A stretch of DNA of 50,247 nt. It comes from Anthoceros angustus. Its lineage: Eukaryota > Plantae > Anthocerotophyta. The notes beneath the pieces were generated by a model. It made no database searches. It was not told where the DNA came from and was given only the letters and a program-made list of their open reading frames with translations. Positions 1 through 12,671 of the stretch are shown one piece after another. A program made the position numbers and the translations under genes. Positions within the stretch are counted from its first letter, which is position 1. Each line of letters begins with the position of its first letter. The DNA is taken from the NCBI GenBank assembly GCA_010909165.1, contig MU008239.1, forward strand, positions 1 to 50,247, in the 5' to 3' direction.

Positions 1-485
1 CGCTTAGGCTCGAGCGTCTTTGGTACAGGCGTGAAGTCGGGCGTACGTATTCGAGGCGGTGTGAGCGTTTAACCTAACCTAGCTTACCTTTAGAGGAGTG
101 TTAAATATGAAAAGGTGCGGCTAGTTAGGGTTGATCATATGAACGTTATAGAGTTGCATATATAGTGAGACCATATGTATTTGTAAAACACACATTTTGT
201 TTAATCTCTTTTACAAAGTCATTTTGCTCTCATGCAAAATAAACATTACAACATCCCCGCCTTCCTAAAATTGCAATCTCCGATAAGTCGTGCTTTGTTT
301 GGTAATTTTAATCTCAGACCTATATATGTGGGTATTGTGTTAGTGTAAAATCAAACCTTTGTGCCCAACCACGGAAACAAAAAAAAAAAAATGTTTCAAA
401 AATCTCAACAAAATTAAGCAACAACTTCGGAGAGACGAAGACACCGCTCACCGGCAACAAGGTCAAGATGGGCTTGTAATAGGAG

Positions 486-1260
486 TTAGCATGAGAAGGA
501 CCGTGATGACACCATGTGAGCCGCCACAAAAGGCTGGTGATGACTCATCATGAGCCGCAGCAAGTACAAAGGCCGTGACACCAAGGAGCTACCACAAATG
601 CCAAGCGGTGATGATGTAACGGGATATGACGCAGGCGCGAAGGTCGGTGACGACGCGAGAAGAGTCGCCACAAATGTGGAAGCCGGTGATGACGCAGCGG
701 GCCGCCGACGCGAGAGGAGTCCCCACAAATGCGGAAGCCGGTGATGACGCATGTGCAAAGGTCGGTGACGACGCCACAAATGCGGAAGTTTGATGACGCC
801 AAACGAGCTCCCAAAATGGTGTGAGGGCCGGTGATGCCATAACAAAAGCGAAGGCCGCTGGATTTATGCCTACACGTGTGATAATGCCCGATGAGCTCCC
901 AAAGTTGGTGAAGGTTGTTGATAACTCAACGGTTCTCAACAGCGCAGGCCGATGGCGAGGCCAAGGGAGCCCAAAGGTGCAAAGACCGGTGGCGAGGCCA
1001 AGGGAGCTGCCAAAGGTGTAAAGACCGGTGGCGAGGCCAAGGAGCCGCCAAAGGTGCAAAGGCCGATGATGAGAGGACGCGTGTTTCAATCACAAGTATA
1101 AATGCAAGTGTGAGAAAACACAAGGATGAACGTAGCGAGGCCATTCTGAAAGAGTCAAGTAACTAGCTCGAGGAACCCACACACAAAACGTAGAAGAGAT
1201 TGTGGATTGAAGTTAAGAACTGCACGTGAAATCAATCTATATGATGAATAGAAATTACTA
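486..1260. repeat. Degenerate ~39-bp minisatellite array plus ~200-bp tail (copy A of a dispersed repeat)
   Basis: Recurrent unit like accggtggcgaggccaagggagctgccaaaggtgtaaag (clearest at 950-1065) and ggtgatgacgcc variants. Tail 1063-1260 aligns with 3551-3730. Confidence 0.8.
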
Positions 1261-1289
1261 AACGAGATCTATAACACTATCATTTATAT

Positions 1290-1880
1290 GGGTGGTTCTG
1301 TGCTGCCTCCTTAAAAGTAGTAATTTGTTGTCCGAGACAGAAAATTGGTTTGATAGTGGAGGAAAGATTATTAGTTTAGAAAGAGCTAAGTTTAGCTACG
1401 ATTATAATTTATATGGGTGGTTACGTTTCTCCAAACTGCAAACCAATCGATGCTAAATTAGAAAGTCACAACGTGTAAGAACGAGTTTTGGTTTACCACT
1501 ATTGTTTAAATTGGGTGGTCTAGACTTCGTTATCTAAGTAGTAGCTTGTTGCCCAAGAAATTTTTTGCCATCTTAGATTTGTCCTCCTTGAAAGTAATAG
1601 CTTGTTGTCCAAGACAAAAAATTGGTTTGATGGTGGAGGAAAGAGTATTGGTTTGAAAAGAGCTAAGTTTGGTTACAATTATAATTTATGTGGGTGGTTA
1701 CATGTTTCTCCCGCAGTAATCTTGGTTTGCAAACCAATCGATACTAAATTAGAAAGTGAGTACGAACGAAATTTGGTTTGGCTACGACTAATTTTTAAAT
1801 TGGGTGGTCTAGACTTCGATATCCAAGTAGTAGCTTGTTGCCCAAGAAATTTACGCCATTTCACTTTTGTCCTTCTTTTT
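1290..1880. repeat. Tandem duplication of a ~280-bp AT-rich unit
   Basis: cctccttaaaagtagtaatttgttgtccgagacagaaaattggtttgat...gtagcttgttgcccaagaaattt recurs from ~1584. A partial inverted copy lies at ~3835-3945. Confidence 0.85.
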
Positions 1881-2979
1881 TGTACAATACTTTAGCCGCA
1901 TTGTGGCCTCGATTGAATATAGAATTCTTTTTCTAGACGGATTATGATTGATCCCAACAATATTACAAAAATTGAGTGCAACTTTACGTGATGCCATGCT
2001 CTAAAGAACCAATGTGGAGTCTACAACTCATCGGATGTTTTGCTAATTTGCTCTTTCTGCTGAGGACGACGATGAGGTATGGCGTCACTAACTCCCTCCG
2101 GATGACATCACCACGACATAAATGCAAATACAAGTATGAACTACGTGTGACCAAAGGAGAGAGACAAAGAATAGTTATAAGAGAGGAGTTACCCCTAGGT
2201 TAGAGAGATGAGTAGATGTTGAGTGTGTGCTTAGGTGGTTTTGTTGGGATATTGCATAGGTGGTCCATACTAGGCATAAGTATGATGCCTTGGGAATGAA
2301 TTCTACAACCGCAAGTACATGGGAATAAATGTGCCCCAATCGAAGCGATGTAAAGGAAGCCAATTAATGACTCCACAACCCGCATAACAAGTCAAGTCGG
2401 TAGAAAACCGATGATCAATTGATAGGATAGTGAGTGACTAGGTCGCAAATTAGGCTTTAGAGTATGCGATAGAATATATGTTGATGAAATTAGGCTTGAC
2501 TAACCACAAGTTCCCTCTTACAAAGAGGCAAAATGAAAAAGTCTTATGTGAAAGAAGAGGTGTGGAAGTTAGTCCGGTTCTATAAAAATAACTCGCTTGG
2601 AGGTATTTTGACACATTCCTCTTTCCCTCATTCTTTTCCTCGTGTCGAAAAGTATAGCAAGTTAATGCTCAAAGCTATGGAGGATGTTGCTTGGAGGCAA
2701 ATATAACTCCTTAGGCTATCACATGAACAAGCTATTATATGGAACCTTTTCTTGTTCTAAATCTTTCTCTCTAATACTCTCACTCCCTTCCTCACCTCTC
2801 CGCATAACCAGAGTCCATAGTACGCCCATTTCCCTATGCTCATGGAGAGTGAATCAATTAGAGAAAATAGAGTAAATATGTCTTAGCATTGCTTATGTCA
2901 TCTAGTAAAAAATAAAAGGTTTGGTCTCAAAAACCTCAACAAAGATTACAATGCATCACTCGATTAAAAAGTGACGAGA

Positions 2980-3730
2980 CTACAAGGGTGATGTGAAGGC
3001 TAGTGTTGGATCCGAAGTGAGCGGTATAAATAAGCACGATGACACCACGGAGTTGCCACAAAAGGCCGGTGACAACGCTTAGAGCCGCCACAAGTGCATA
3101 AGTCGGTGATACGCTAAACGCTGGCTTCCAAAATGGCGATCGGCATGAGATGCATAACGTGAGAAGATGTAGGTATTTATGCCATAGGTGCCAGGGTGAT
3201 GACGCCAAACGAGCTCCTAAAAATGGTGCAAGGATTGGTGATGCCACAACGGAGCTAGATCCTTAGATGCGAAGGCCGTGATTGGGAGTTGCCAAGTGTA
3301 GAAGCTGGTGATGACGCCAAACGAGCTCCAGATTGGGGTCGGAGATAACACAATGGGTTCCACAATAGGTGCAAAGCCGGTGATGAGTCCAGGGAGCGCC
3401 AAAGAAGTGAAGGTCGGCGATGACGCCAAGGAGTTGCCATAGGTGCGAGATGATGATACCAAAGTTGGTGCAAAGGTGGGTGATAACGCAATGGGTTCTC
3501 GCAACAAAAGGCCGGTGATGAGGCCAATGGAATTGCCAAAGGTGCAAACGGCGATGACAATGGACGTGTTTTCAATCAAGTACATACAAATGTGACAAAA
3601 CACAAGGATGAACGTAGTAAGACCATTATGACGAGTCCTCGAGGAACTCGCACACACAATGTAGAAGAGATTATGGAATGAAAGCGATAACTATAGGTGA
3701 AATCTATTTATATGATGAATGGAAATTACT
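2980..3730. repeat. Copy B of the minisatellite-plus-tail dispersed repeat
   Basis: Same ggtgatgacgccaa/gagctgccaaaggtgcaaa units and the same tail (cacaaggatgaacgtag...gtagaagagatt...atgatgaat.gaaattact) as 486-1260. Confidence 0.8.
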
Positions 3731-3965
3731 TCTTCCAAAGAATAATCTATTATTTTTAAGAGGTACTCAAAACTACCAAGAGATTAACCAGCTTTTTATG
3801 TCAGCCAATACTTTTCAAGTGGAACATGCGATCACCCATCATAGCAAAATTTAACCCTTTCCAAACCAATAATCTTTCCTCCACCATCAATTTTCAGAGC
3901 ATGTTTTGGGCAACAAGCTACTACTTTTAAGGAGGTAGTGCAAAACTCCGAAAGTGGTCTACAGG

Positions 3966-4125
3966 GCATCTCGGCTTGTACAATGTGGAATGACATCTCG
4001 GCTTGTACACTGTGGGAATGACTTGTAAAACAGCGCCTCCAGGTGTTCCGCATAAACTGACCTCCGGGTGTTCCTCTTAAACTGACTTACCTCCGGGTGT
4101 TCCTCATAAACAGACTTATCTCCGC
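3966..4125. repeat. Short tandem repeats
   Basis: catctcggcttgtaca x2, then aaactgac(tta)cctccgggtgttcctc-like units x3-4. Confidence 0.7.
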
Positions 4126-4699
4126 TGGAACCACCACAAAGACATCCTACAGATCGTCACCCTCACCGCTAGGGGACGATTTTGCAGCAGTTGCCCGGAT
4201 GATATGCCCTTGAAGAGAGCTCACGATATCGCCGGGGCCTCCACTGTAAACTTAAGTCCTGGCCCCTAGAACAAGAGTTTGTGCACTTTAGACACAAATG
4301 AGGTTACGCACAAGCCTGGGAGTGATATTGAGAAATAGACGGAATCTGTTGGGCACTACAAACGACGCGGCTCTGAAACCGCTATATCCTATGTACTTCA
4401 GAAGTGCACACGTATCTTTAACCTATATACAAACAACGGGGACTAGTTCTTGCGTCTTCATCGCTACTACCAAGAACACGCCTCGTGTAGCACATGACTG
4501 CAGTGCGTGTTCTCACCACTAAAATCATCAATCCTGTTCCGCATCCATCTCGCATGTAGCTCGCTCTAAGTGCATTATGGACATAGGCATGCACATTGAG
4601 CTCCCTCAGTTGTATGGGTTGATGAAATAACTTGGCATCTGCCTGAGGTATCTCAGTTATCTCGATAGACTCTACCCCGGTTACTGTCTCAGCACTTCT

Positions 4700-5345
4700 T
4701 TCCGTCTCAGAACATGCTCGAAGATCCAGGCCCGGGAAGACCTTACACCAAGAACATTGCAAACAACATCCAATCCAGGTCCTCCTGCAACAGGAAGACA
4801 ACCAGTTTCACCTTGACGTGCAAGTGCCGCATTGGGTCGATCATCCGCACCATCTCCCACAAATTGCAGTTCCATCCCAGAAACCTGCTCATCTGCATTT
4901 CCAACATCTTCGCCAGCGCTTTCAATTCCGACTGCTTCTTTGCATCCATCTTCCCTCTCCCAAGCAACGTCTCCGCAGCCTGCATAGCTGACATGGGGCT
5001 CTGCAAATTCGCCCTGCCCTCCAAGGTCCCTAACTCTTCCTTCAAAACCTGGGTCTGCAGTTTCAGGCTGGACACTTCCATCAGCAGCCCCTCTTGACTG
5101 CCTCCCAGGCCCTCCTCTCCTCCAACCACGACTCATGCAACTGCATCCACCGCTCCGCCTTCTCCTCAAACTCCTTCTCCTGCAAACCCCAAGCCTCCTC
5201 GCCACAACCTGCTGCCTTCCTGGAGGCGGCAAGAACAGGCATCCGCATGCATGAGCCCTGAAGATGCACATGGCCACCAAAACCCAACCCTGAGGGAAAC
5301 GGGACTGGAACACATGACACCAAAACTCCTTGCACTTCCAAGGGT
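4700..5345 (-). CDS. Putative coiled-coil protein resembling the N-terminus of plastid pTAC5; partial or degenerate, boundaries uncertain
   Basis: Joining ORFs 5081-5341 and 4743-5129 across one frameshift gives ..ERWMQLHESWLEERRAWEAVK-GLLMEVSSLKLQTQVLKEEL. This has heptad-spaced Trp followed by LLxExSxLxL, as I recall for pTAC5. No peptidoglycan-binding or DnaJ-type Zn-finger domain is visible downstream. Confidence 0.3.
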
Positions 5346-5624
5346 CAAAGGATCCTAAAATACCACACCCATACAACTCCTCCTACCCCTACAACTGCAA
5401 CATGCAAAATAATCCATCTCCACCTCCTCCTACCCCTACAAACTGCATCATAATAGAACCCATCTCCTTCTCCTCCACTGCTACAACTTCAACATTGCCG
5501 AAACCCACCTCCATCTCCAACTCCTACGACCTCAACACGAAAGAACCCATAATCCACCTCCATCTCCTACTCCTGCAACTGCTGCAATAACATGCAACAA
5601 CCCATGGAAACACCCGAGCGGCAG

Positions 5625-6174
5625 CTACTCCACCGGAAGCCCACTCTGCAGCCAGGCAGAGTAGCCACCGCTGACATCCGTGACGCCGGTGAACTCGGCG
5701 GCCTGCAGCTCGGCAGCAGCCATCAAGGAGCGCTTCCCGCTCTGGCAACCCACAACGATCTCGTCGTCCTTGCCGAAATGCTGCAGCACCTGCTCCAGGA
5801 AAGCGGCGTTCTTGGTCATGCCGCCTCGCTTCTGAGGAGCACGGGCACGTTCACGGCTCCTTTGGGGTGTCCGGCCCCGAACTCCTCAGGAGTGCGCACG
5901 TCCAGGTAGCGGTGGCCCGCCTGGATGAGCTCGTGGGCGACCTGCACCGGCACGCTCCGCACAGCGGCGGGCTCCGCCTCCCCTGCGCGCTCATCCGGGC
6001 CTCGGCTCCGCAGCGCAATCTGCGCCCAGCGGACACTAGGGACCCAGAAACCGGACCCACAGACGGCGGCGACAGCAGCAGCGCGGAAGGCGGCCCCGGC
6101 AGGGAGGTCCACAGCCCGGGAGGGACGCGAGCTCGGAATATCGCGGCGCCCACAGACGATACGGCGGCGGCTAT
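5625..6174 (-). CDS. Single-domain rhodanese / thiosulfate sulfurtransferase (SEN1/STR15-STR16-like) with probable plastid transit peptide; intronless
   Basis: Three overlapping frames join to AAAVSSVGAAIFRARV.. (transit-like) ..SVPVQVAHELIQAGHRYLDVRTPEEFGAGHPKGAVNVP..MTKNAAFLEQV..DDEIVVGCQSGKRSLMAA..GGYSAWLQSGLPVE*. The catalytic loop is CQSGKR. There are two frameshifts, and the likely start codon reads ATA (6174-6172); both are probably sequence errors. Confidence 0.9.
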
Positions 6175-6515
6175 GAAACCGGCATCCACGGGCTTTCAAA
6201 CTTTGAAGCTCGGGAGCCGAGGGCGAAGCGAAGTCATCAAAGCGGGTGAAAGCTTCTAGACGCGGGAGAAGGTAGGGCAGGCGAGCTGGAGGGTAGGGAA
6301 TCTTCCAGGAAGGATCGCCGGGCAGAGAGCCGGGCTCGGCAGCAGGGTGGTGGGCAGGGCGCTGGGACGGGAGGATCGCGGGTAGCAGGGGCGTGGCGAT
6401 CGGGCAATGCGGCGGGCGGGGAGCCTGGACACGGGCTGGATGGAGCCTCGGGAGGTGGCGAGGGCGGGATTTGGTAGGGGAAGGTAGGGAGGTTGGAGCT
6501 GAGGAGGCGAGCGCC
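6175..6515. promoter_or_regulatory. Putative bidirectional promoter / shared 5' region between rhodanese and EXO70A
   Basis: Only ~340 bp of GC-rich DNA separates the two divergently oriented start codons. Confidence 0.55.
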
Positions 6516-9500
6516 ATGGGGGCCGACGATCTGGAGGCTCTCACGGCCCGCGCGCAGCTGATGCGCGAGAGCCTGAGCAAGAGCAATGTCATCACGGAGC
6601 AGATGATCACCATTCTGGGTTCCTTCGACCACCGGCTGTCGACTCTGGAGGCTGCGATGCGACCCACTCAGGCAAGCCGCTGGTTTGGTTGTTTGGTGGG
6701 GATTCTGGGGTGGGAGATCTGGGAGTGTTGGGTTCCCGGGGTGCTGTTGTTGGATTCTTGAGCGGAATTGGGTTATCGTTGTGTTGCTGGGTTAGCTCCA
6801 GGATGGTCTGACTTGGTTGTGTGCCACTTTGTGGCTGTGAAGGTTCGCACTCATGCTTTCCGGAAAGCCCATGAGAACATTGATAACACGCTGAAGGCAA
6901 CCGAGTCGGTGCTGACACAGTTTGATATTTCTCGGCAGGTTAGGCCCGGGTGACCTTGCCTGAGGTTGGTTGTAATTTCGCTGAAGTATGCTGTTGTTGA
7001 GAGTGGTTGTATTTGGTTTTTGTGTGCTGCAGGTGGAGAACAAGATAATGGAAGGACCCAGGGAGGATTTAAGTGGCTTCCTTCTAGCTGTTGATCAGCT
7101 TCAGAAGAATGTGGAGTTCTTTACGTTCAATCGCAGCTTCAAGAGTAGTGATGGTGCCCTCACTCATGCACGTGGGCTGCTTGTGAAAGCTATGACCAGG
7201 ATCGAGGAGGAGTTTAGACATATATTGACTGTACACAGGTCGCTGTTTGTTCCCTAGCTCATGATTTTCAGCTCCAGGAGATCTGTTATGTAATGCAGGT
7301 TTGCTGGTCATTAGCAGAGGCAATTAATGTTTGTTCCAGTTGTGCAGCAAATCGGCTGATGATCCTGCCCAGCTGACTTTGTCCTTGCCAAGCTCTGCAA
7401 AGTCTCCACACATCCCTTCTTCGTCCAGTTCTGCCTCTGCAGCAGATGGCAGGAAGGTCCCACCCGTGGATACAGGGAAGCTTTCTAAGGGTGGCGACGG
7501 ACCCGCAACCTCACTACCTTTAGGCATTCCTCCGAGGTTCATCCCCAGTTGCATGATATGGCCCAACGGATGATCTCAGCTGGTCACCATCAACAGTGTG
7601 TGAAGGCATACAGGTCTGCATATTGTAGTTAGGTCCCTGTGGTGTGTAGTGCATCCGTTTGGCTGTTGTTTGCCTGCTGTGTATTTAGATTTGTTGGCCT
7701 GATTGTCTTGTTTCATCACAGAGATGTGAGAGCAGCAACTTTGGAGCAGAGTCTTAGGAAACTTGGAGTGAGAAGTTGAGCAGGAGGATGTCCAAAAGAT
7801 GCAGTGGGAGGCACTAGAAGGGAAGATTGGGAATTGGATACAGTATATGCGTATTATGTGAGTTAAGAGCTACGTCCCTTTTAAAGAAACCTGTAGAGTT
7901 TGCTAAAAGTTTACTGCATGCATCTTTTAAGAGTATGAGCTATTGAATTGGCCTGGCATATTCCATGGCATGCTGGCGCTGAATCTTTGTAATTGTGTTC
8001 TTTTGGTGAGAACAGGTGAAACAGTTGTTTGCTGCAGAGCGCAAGCTGTGTGACAAAATATTCTATCATTTGGATCCCCACAGGGAAAAATGCTTTGCAG
8101 AGGTAACGGAATCTAGTTGGATGCTTCTCAGCTTTGGAGACGCCATAGCGAAGAGCAAAAAGTCACCAGAAAAGCTTTTGTGCTGCTGGACATGTATGAG
8201 ACAATGCGTGATCTCACACCTGAGGTGCGATTAAATTTTTCTGGGGTTCTGTGCCTTGTAGCTTCCAACGACTTGAATCGAACCTAGCTCTCTGAAATAG
8301 CTAGTGTTTCTGCAGATTGAAACTGTATTTGCAGGCGAGGCATCTGCAGGCATACGTGAGGCTGGCGTTGGCTTTTACAGCGCCTCGCCAGCGCAGGAGA
8401 CCTTCGGCGACTTTGAGGACGCTGTCGAGAAAGATGCTACAAAGAGCTTGGTACACGATGGGAATGTCCATCCTCTTACCAGCTATGTCATCAATTATGT
8501 CAAGTTCATCCTTGAGTAAGGCCATTTCTCGACTTCAAGCATAGTATCAGCCCTCAGCCTTCCAGTAGCATTATGTGGTAAAGTGGAAAATAAGGCTGAT
8601 ATCGCCTAGCTTCCTTCCTCCTTCCTCCTCTCGAGTGTTAATGAAGTCGTATCAGCCCGAGAAGGTTGAGTCTTAACTTTCTTGTGGTACTGGCTCTTGC
8701 AAGCAGCTATCAGAATACGCTGAAGCAACTGTTTGGGGAGCATGAGAAAGATGGGAAGTCGGAGTCTCATCTAGCTGCAGCAACAATGCGTATCATGCAA
8801 GTTCTTCAGAATAACCTTGAAGGAAAAGCAAAGATGTACAAGGATCCTGCTCTGTAGCTGTTCCTGATGAACAATGTACACTATATGGTCAAGTCTGTCC
8901 GAAGGTAGGAAATGTACCTTATGGGTATACGGGTTTTATGCATTGGACAGTGCTTTTGCTAACAGATGAATTTGAAGCATGTCTCAGGTCAGAAGCAAAG
9001 GATCTGCTTGGTGATGATTGGGTGCAAAGACAACGGCGGATTGTACAGCAGCATGCTAATGCCTATCAACGAGCTGCTTGGGAAAGGTGCTCACCTTTGT
9101 AGTACTACTTAGAGAGTGAGGATCGTGGAAGGATTCAGTGCTAATGACAGGACTTGGCTGCTCTCATGGCTTTCAGGTTCTTCAGTACTTAAGTGGACAA
9201 GGATTATCCTCATCAGGGAGTGGAGTGGGTTCTGGTGGTGGCGGTGACTCAGGCAGCAGTGGGATATCTCGGGTTGTTCTCAAAGAACGGTGCGCTACCC
9301 AGATGAAGTGTAGAGTGAAACCTCGCTATTTATCTTCAGATGATGATTGCATTTGGTTGCACTGTGCAGGTTCAAAAACTTCAACATTCAGTTTGAAGAA
9401 TTGCACCAGAAGCAGACGCAATGGACTATATCTGATGCAGATTTGCGGGATAATCTGCGGCTAGCTGTTGCAGAAGTCATGTTACCAGCTTACAGGTCCT

Positions 9501-9751
9501 TCTTGAAGCGATACAGGTATGCCATTAAGAGTTTAACTCGAGCTTGTCAACCGAGATTACAGGTATTTAGAGGGTTTTTCTTGATCGGATTTCTGAATTG
9601 ATTCGTCTATCGTCGTATGTTGCTTTGGTCCAGCGCTATTTTGGAGAACGGGAAGAATCCACACAAGTACATCAAATATAACCCGGAAGACCTGGAGCGA
9701 ATGCTGCAGGAATTTTTCGAAGGCAAGACGAAGGCTGATCCAAGACGTTAG
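6516..9751 (+). CDS. EXO70A1: Exocyst subunit EXO70, A clade; 12 exons (approx. 6516-6671, 6843-6938, 7033-7238, 7348-7613, 7722-7857, 8016-8224, 8316-8515, 8707-8904, 8988-9086, 9177-9289, 9370-9516, 9634-9751)
   Basis: Motifs MITILGSFDHRLSTLEAAMRPTQ/VRTHAFRKAHENID, GPREDL, KSKKSPEKL, DGNVHPLTSYVINYVKF, LFLMNNVHYMVKSVR, KDLLGDDWVQRQRRIVQQHA, FKNFNIQFEELHQKQTQWT, KNPHKYIKYNPEDLERMLQEFFEGK. Canonical splice sites except a GC donor in intron 1. Small deletions cause apparent frameshifts. Confidence 0.95.
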
Positions 9752-10372
9752 GCGTAGCCTTTATCACTCAGTGCGTTAAAACCAGCTCGTAGGATTCAAC
9801 GAATGCTTGGTTGCTTGAAAACATTTGTATTATAATTCCATTTCTACAAAAGCGGAACAAGCTATGTCACGCTTGCTTTTGTTGACACTCACCGCGTGCA
9901 CCCTGGAAGCTCATGCGTCATCTTCCTCGTCCAGCAAGCAGCTTTTAATTGGCGAACAACTCTGCAACGCAGTGAAAAGGGAAGCACTGGCACACCTATT
10001 GCAGCATCTGCAGAGATACGCCGTCTTTACTCGGCCTCATCAGAGATACCCCTGGGTGTACAGTACATGATATCTATCAAAGCAATGGGCAGGGAGGCTG
10101 AGAATCACATCAGGCAAGCTGGACCTGCATGATCCTTGCCTCACACCCAACACTTTGAAAGAGCAAGAACAAAACGAGTGAAACTAGCCCACGACATGCA
10201 GTGGTAACATGGGCCGAATAAATACTGGGTTTTATTGTACGTAGCTTGAAAGCATCCTGCTTTTTTGTTGTTAAACGAATGGCTTGAGCACACATCAGAT
10301 AAGGACCCAAGGATGGAGGGACGGAAGGCAGGAACTGGAAGAGCAAAGAAAAAGCATCCAAACAAAAGCTCA

Positions 10373-11900
10373 TCAGGCCCTGGGAACCAGATAAACGATG
10401 CTCTTGATGATGTTCTTCCCTACCCGGAAGCCTGGCATCACCATTACTCCCACCTCCATGTCACGATGATGGCCAGTCTCAGACATGTGGTCAATGTCCC
10501 TTCTGAGTTGTCGGATTCATTCTCTGTGTGATCCACAACGCCTTCATGTAGGTGTCGTTGAAGGCAGCCCCGTCTCCACGCGGAAGATGGTGGCCACGGG
10601 GTTGAAAGAGAACATGAGAAGCCGCAAGAGCCAGACGGACAGAGCCAGAGGAGAAAAGTTCTTCTCGTAGAAAGGCGTGGTAGGGTGGTGGCCCTGATGA
10701 ACTCATCTCCATGCTCCGCCGTGTTGGTGAAGAGCTTACGCTCCAGCTCCTCCGGGAATATCTCCGGAACTTAGCGTAGCAGAACTTGAAGAAGTCATCA
10801 TGCTCATTCCGCAGCTCCTCCGCCTTGGTGCTCTTGAGCGACTTCAGCGTCTTGTACTCTTCATACGATTTGTTCTGAAATTTCTCCGGGTCCATCACAT
10901 CCAGGGACCCCAAGTTCTTATCAATAGTGTACGCCCTCGTTCTCCAGCCCGGAGAACAGGATCTGCGAGAGATGTAAGACTCCAGCACATACTTCCTATG
11001 ATGAGGGCCTCTCGAATTTCATCCGATTATACACACTGGCCGGCCTGGGCTCAGGATGTTGAGGATGCTGATGCTGTCATTCACCCCTGCTTCGATTCCC
11101 GAATCAGCGCAGCCAGCGCCTTGGTAAAGCTGGCCACCGCCAGCCTCGCCCTGGGGTAAGCCACAGACTCCAGCTCCGGAGGCGTGGCCGCCGTAACCAA
11201 GTACGATCCCGTCCCCTGCATGCTTCGCAGCCTCAGCCAGAAGCTTCTTCTGCGGCTTCCAACGCCGCCATCTTCTCCTTCAACCTCCGGTTATCCTCCT
11301 CCAGATTGGCCACCTTTTGATTCTCAAAGATGTTCGTCTGACTCGACCCCGACCGCGACCGCTTGTGCATCGACGCGTTGGCATTGAAGCTCGCCGGGGA
11401 GAGACTCCGGTACCGAAAGCCTTCTGGTAGAACTGATGGATCTTGTAGAAGTCCGCGATGAGGCCATCAATGTACTTGAGCTGGTTAGTGACAGTCTCCT
11501 GTCCTCCTGGGAGATGTTCCCCGATTCCTTCCCCAAGTCCTCCCACCGCTTCCTCAAGTGCATTCCTGCGTTCTTCAGCGCATTGATTTTGGTGAAGATG
11601 AGCGGCAACAAGGGTTCTTCTTGGCAGCCTGCGGCTCCAGAAACTGATTCCCGCCAAAGTTTCATCGTTGGCCCAGGACGGCTCATCCGTCCCTGTCCTG
11701 CTAAACTCCTGCGGCTCCTTCAAACCTCCCATCCCGGCCTCCTCCTCCTCCTCCTCTCCGCTCCCTTCCTTCCCTCCTTCTGCTCCAACCTCCACCCTAC
11801 TCCATCCCACGCTGCATCCAATCCTCCTTCTCCCAGACCCTCCTCAGATCAAGCCAGCGTGATAATCCAACCTCCCTCGCCGCTAGCGCTTCTCTTGCTT
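10373..11900 (-). CDS. GIL1 / IRK-interacting-like protein (DUF641-like N-terminus plus GIL1/IRKI C-terminal domain); apparently intronless, start uncertain (11.8-12.1 kb)
   Basis: Frameshift-joined motifs LIFTKINALKNA, LESYISRR, FFKFCYAKF, LALSVWLLRLLMFSFNP, GAAFNDTYM, VGVMVMPGFRVGKNIIKSIVYL..*. Stop TGA at 10375-10373. Confidence 0.75.
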
Positions 11901-12671
11901 CCAGCACTGCGGGCTTCCTGAGAGACAAAGCCGCTGGCGATGGCGATGGTAGTGCGCCGTGCTGGCCCGCTGTCCTCAACGGTCGAGTGGCGATGGCGAT
12001 GAGAGCGCATAGCAGCTCAGAGGCCAGTAAAGGGAATCGGTCCTTCTCTGACCAGTCTGCGAAGCGCACAGCTTGCAGCCGGGCCCGGCCAGGCGCCTGA
12101 TGGCCCCAGTCTCTCTCTCTCTGCATGTACCACATCCCGGCTCTCTCTCCCCTCTCTCTACGCCGTCGTCGTCCTCTTCTCCTCCCTCTCTCTAGCAGGA
12201 AGATTTGACGATCTTCAATGCAACTCGCCAGCCGGAATATTTTATGGGGCGATCATGAAGGAGGCCAAACATCCACCGCCAATTTCACACGCAAATCCGC
12301 GGCTCAAGAAGAGCCTGCTTCGACACGGATTCTGGGGCTTCGGGCTATGCCGATATGATGCGGCTCTTCTGGCCTCTGACAAGCCCAGTGAAAACAAACG
12401 ATGGCCTACAGTACGTCGGATTAAAATAGATGACGCAGCAGGCGGAGGTGTTGGAGTCTTGGAGACCGTGCTCGGACAGGGATGGCAGGATTCGGCGACT
12501 CTGGCCACTCAAGATTCAAGGTGGCAGAAACTTCGATGATCACTTTGCATCGTTCATGGGAAAGCTGCTTTTGTGTACTCCTTTTCTCGATGACGCAGGA
12601 AGAAAGGAAACCGTGCTTCAGCAGTCTGTCAAATTTCTAGATGTGAGGATCGGTGTATCGAGCCATGGGAA

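Noticed and set aside
950-1060. Link between gaggccaagg in the minisatellite and AGGCCAAGG in the Crypton-like central regions
   Set aside because: The shared motif is only 8-9 bp with no flanking similarity; likely coincidence.
486-1070. CRISPR-like repeat/spacer array
   Set aside because: The units are contiguous degenerate tandem repeats without unique spacers, the context is eukaryotic, and there are no cas genes.
6516-9751. EXO70A as a pseudogene (frameshifts, TAG at ~8855)
   Set aside because: All 12 exons and splice sites are intact, and the lesions match the window-wide indel error pattern.
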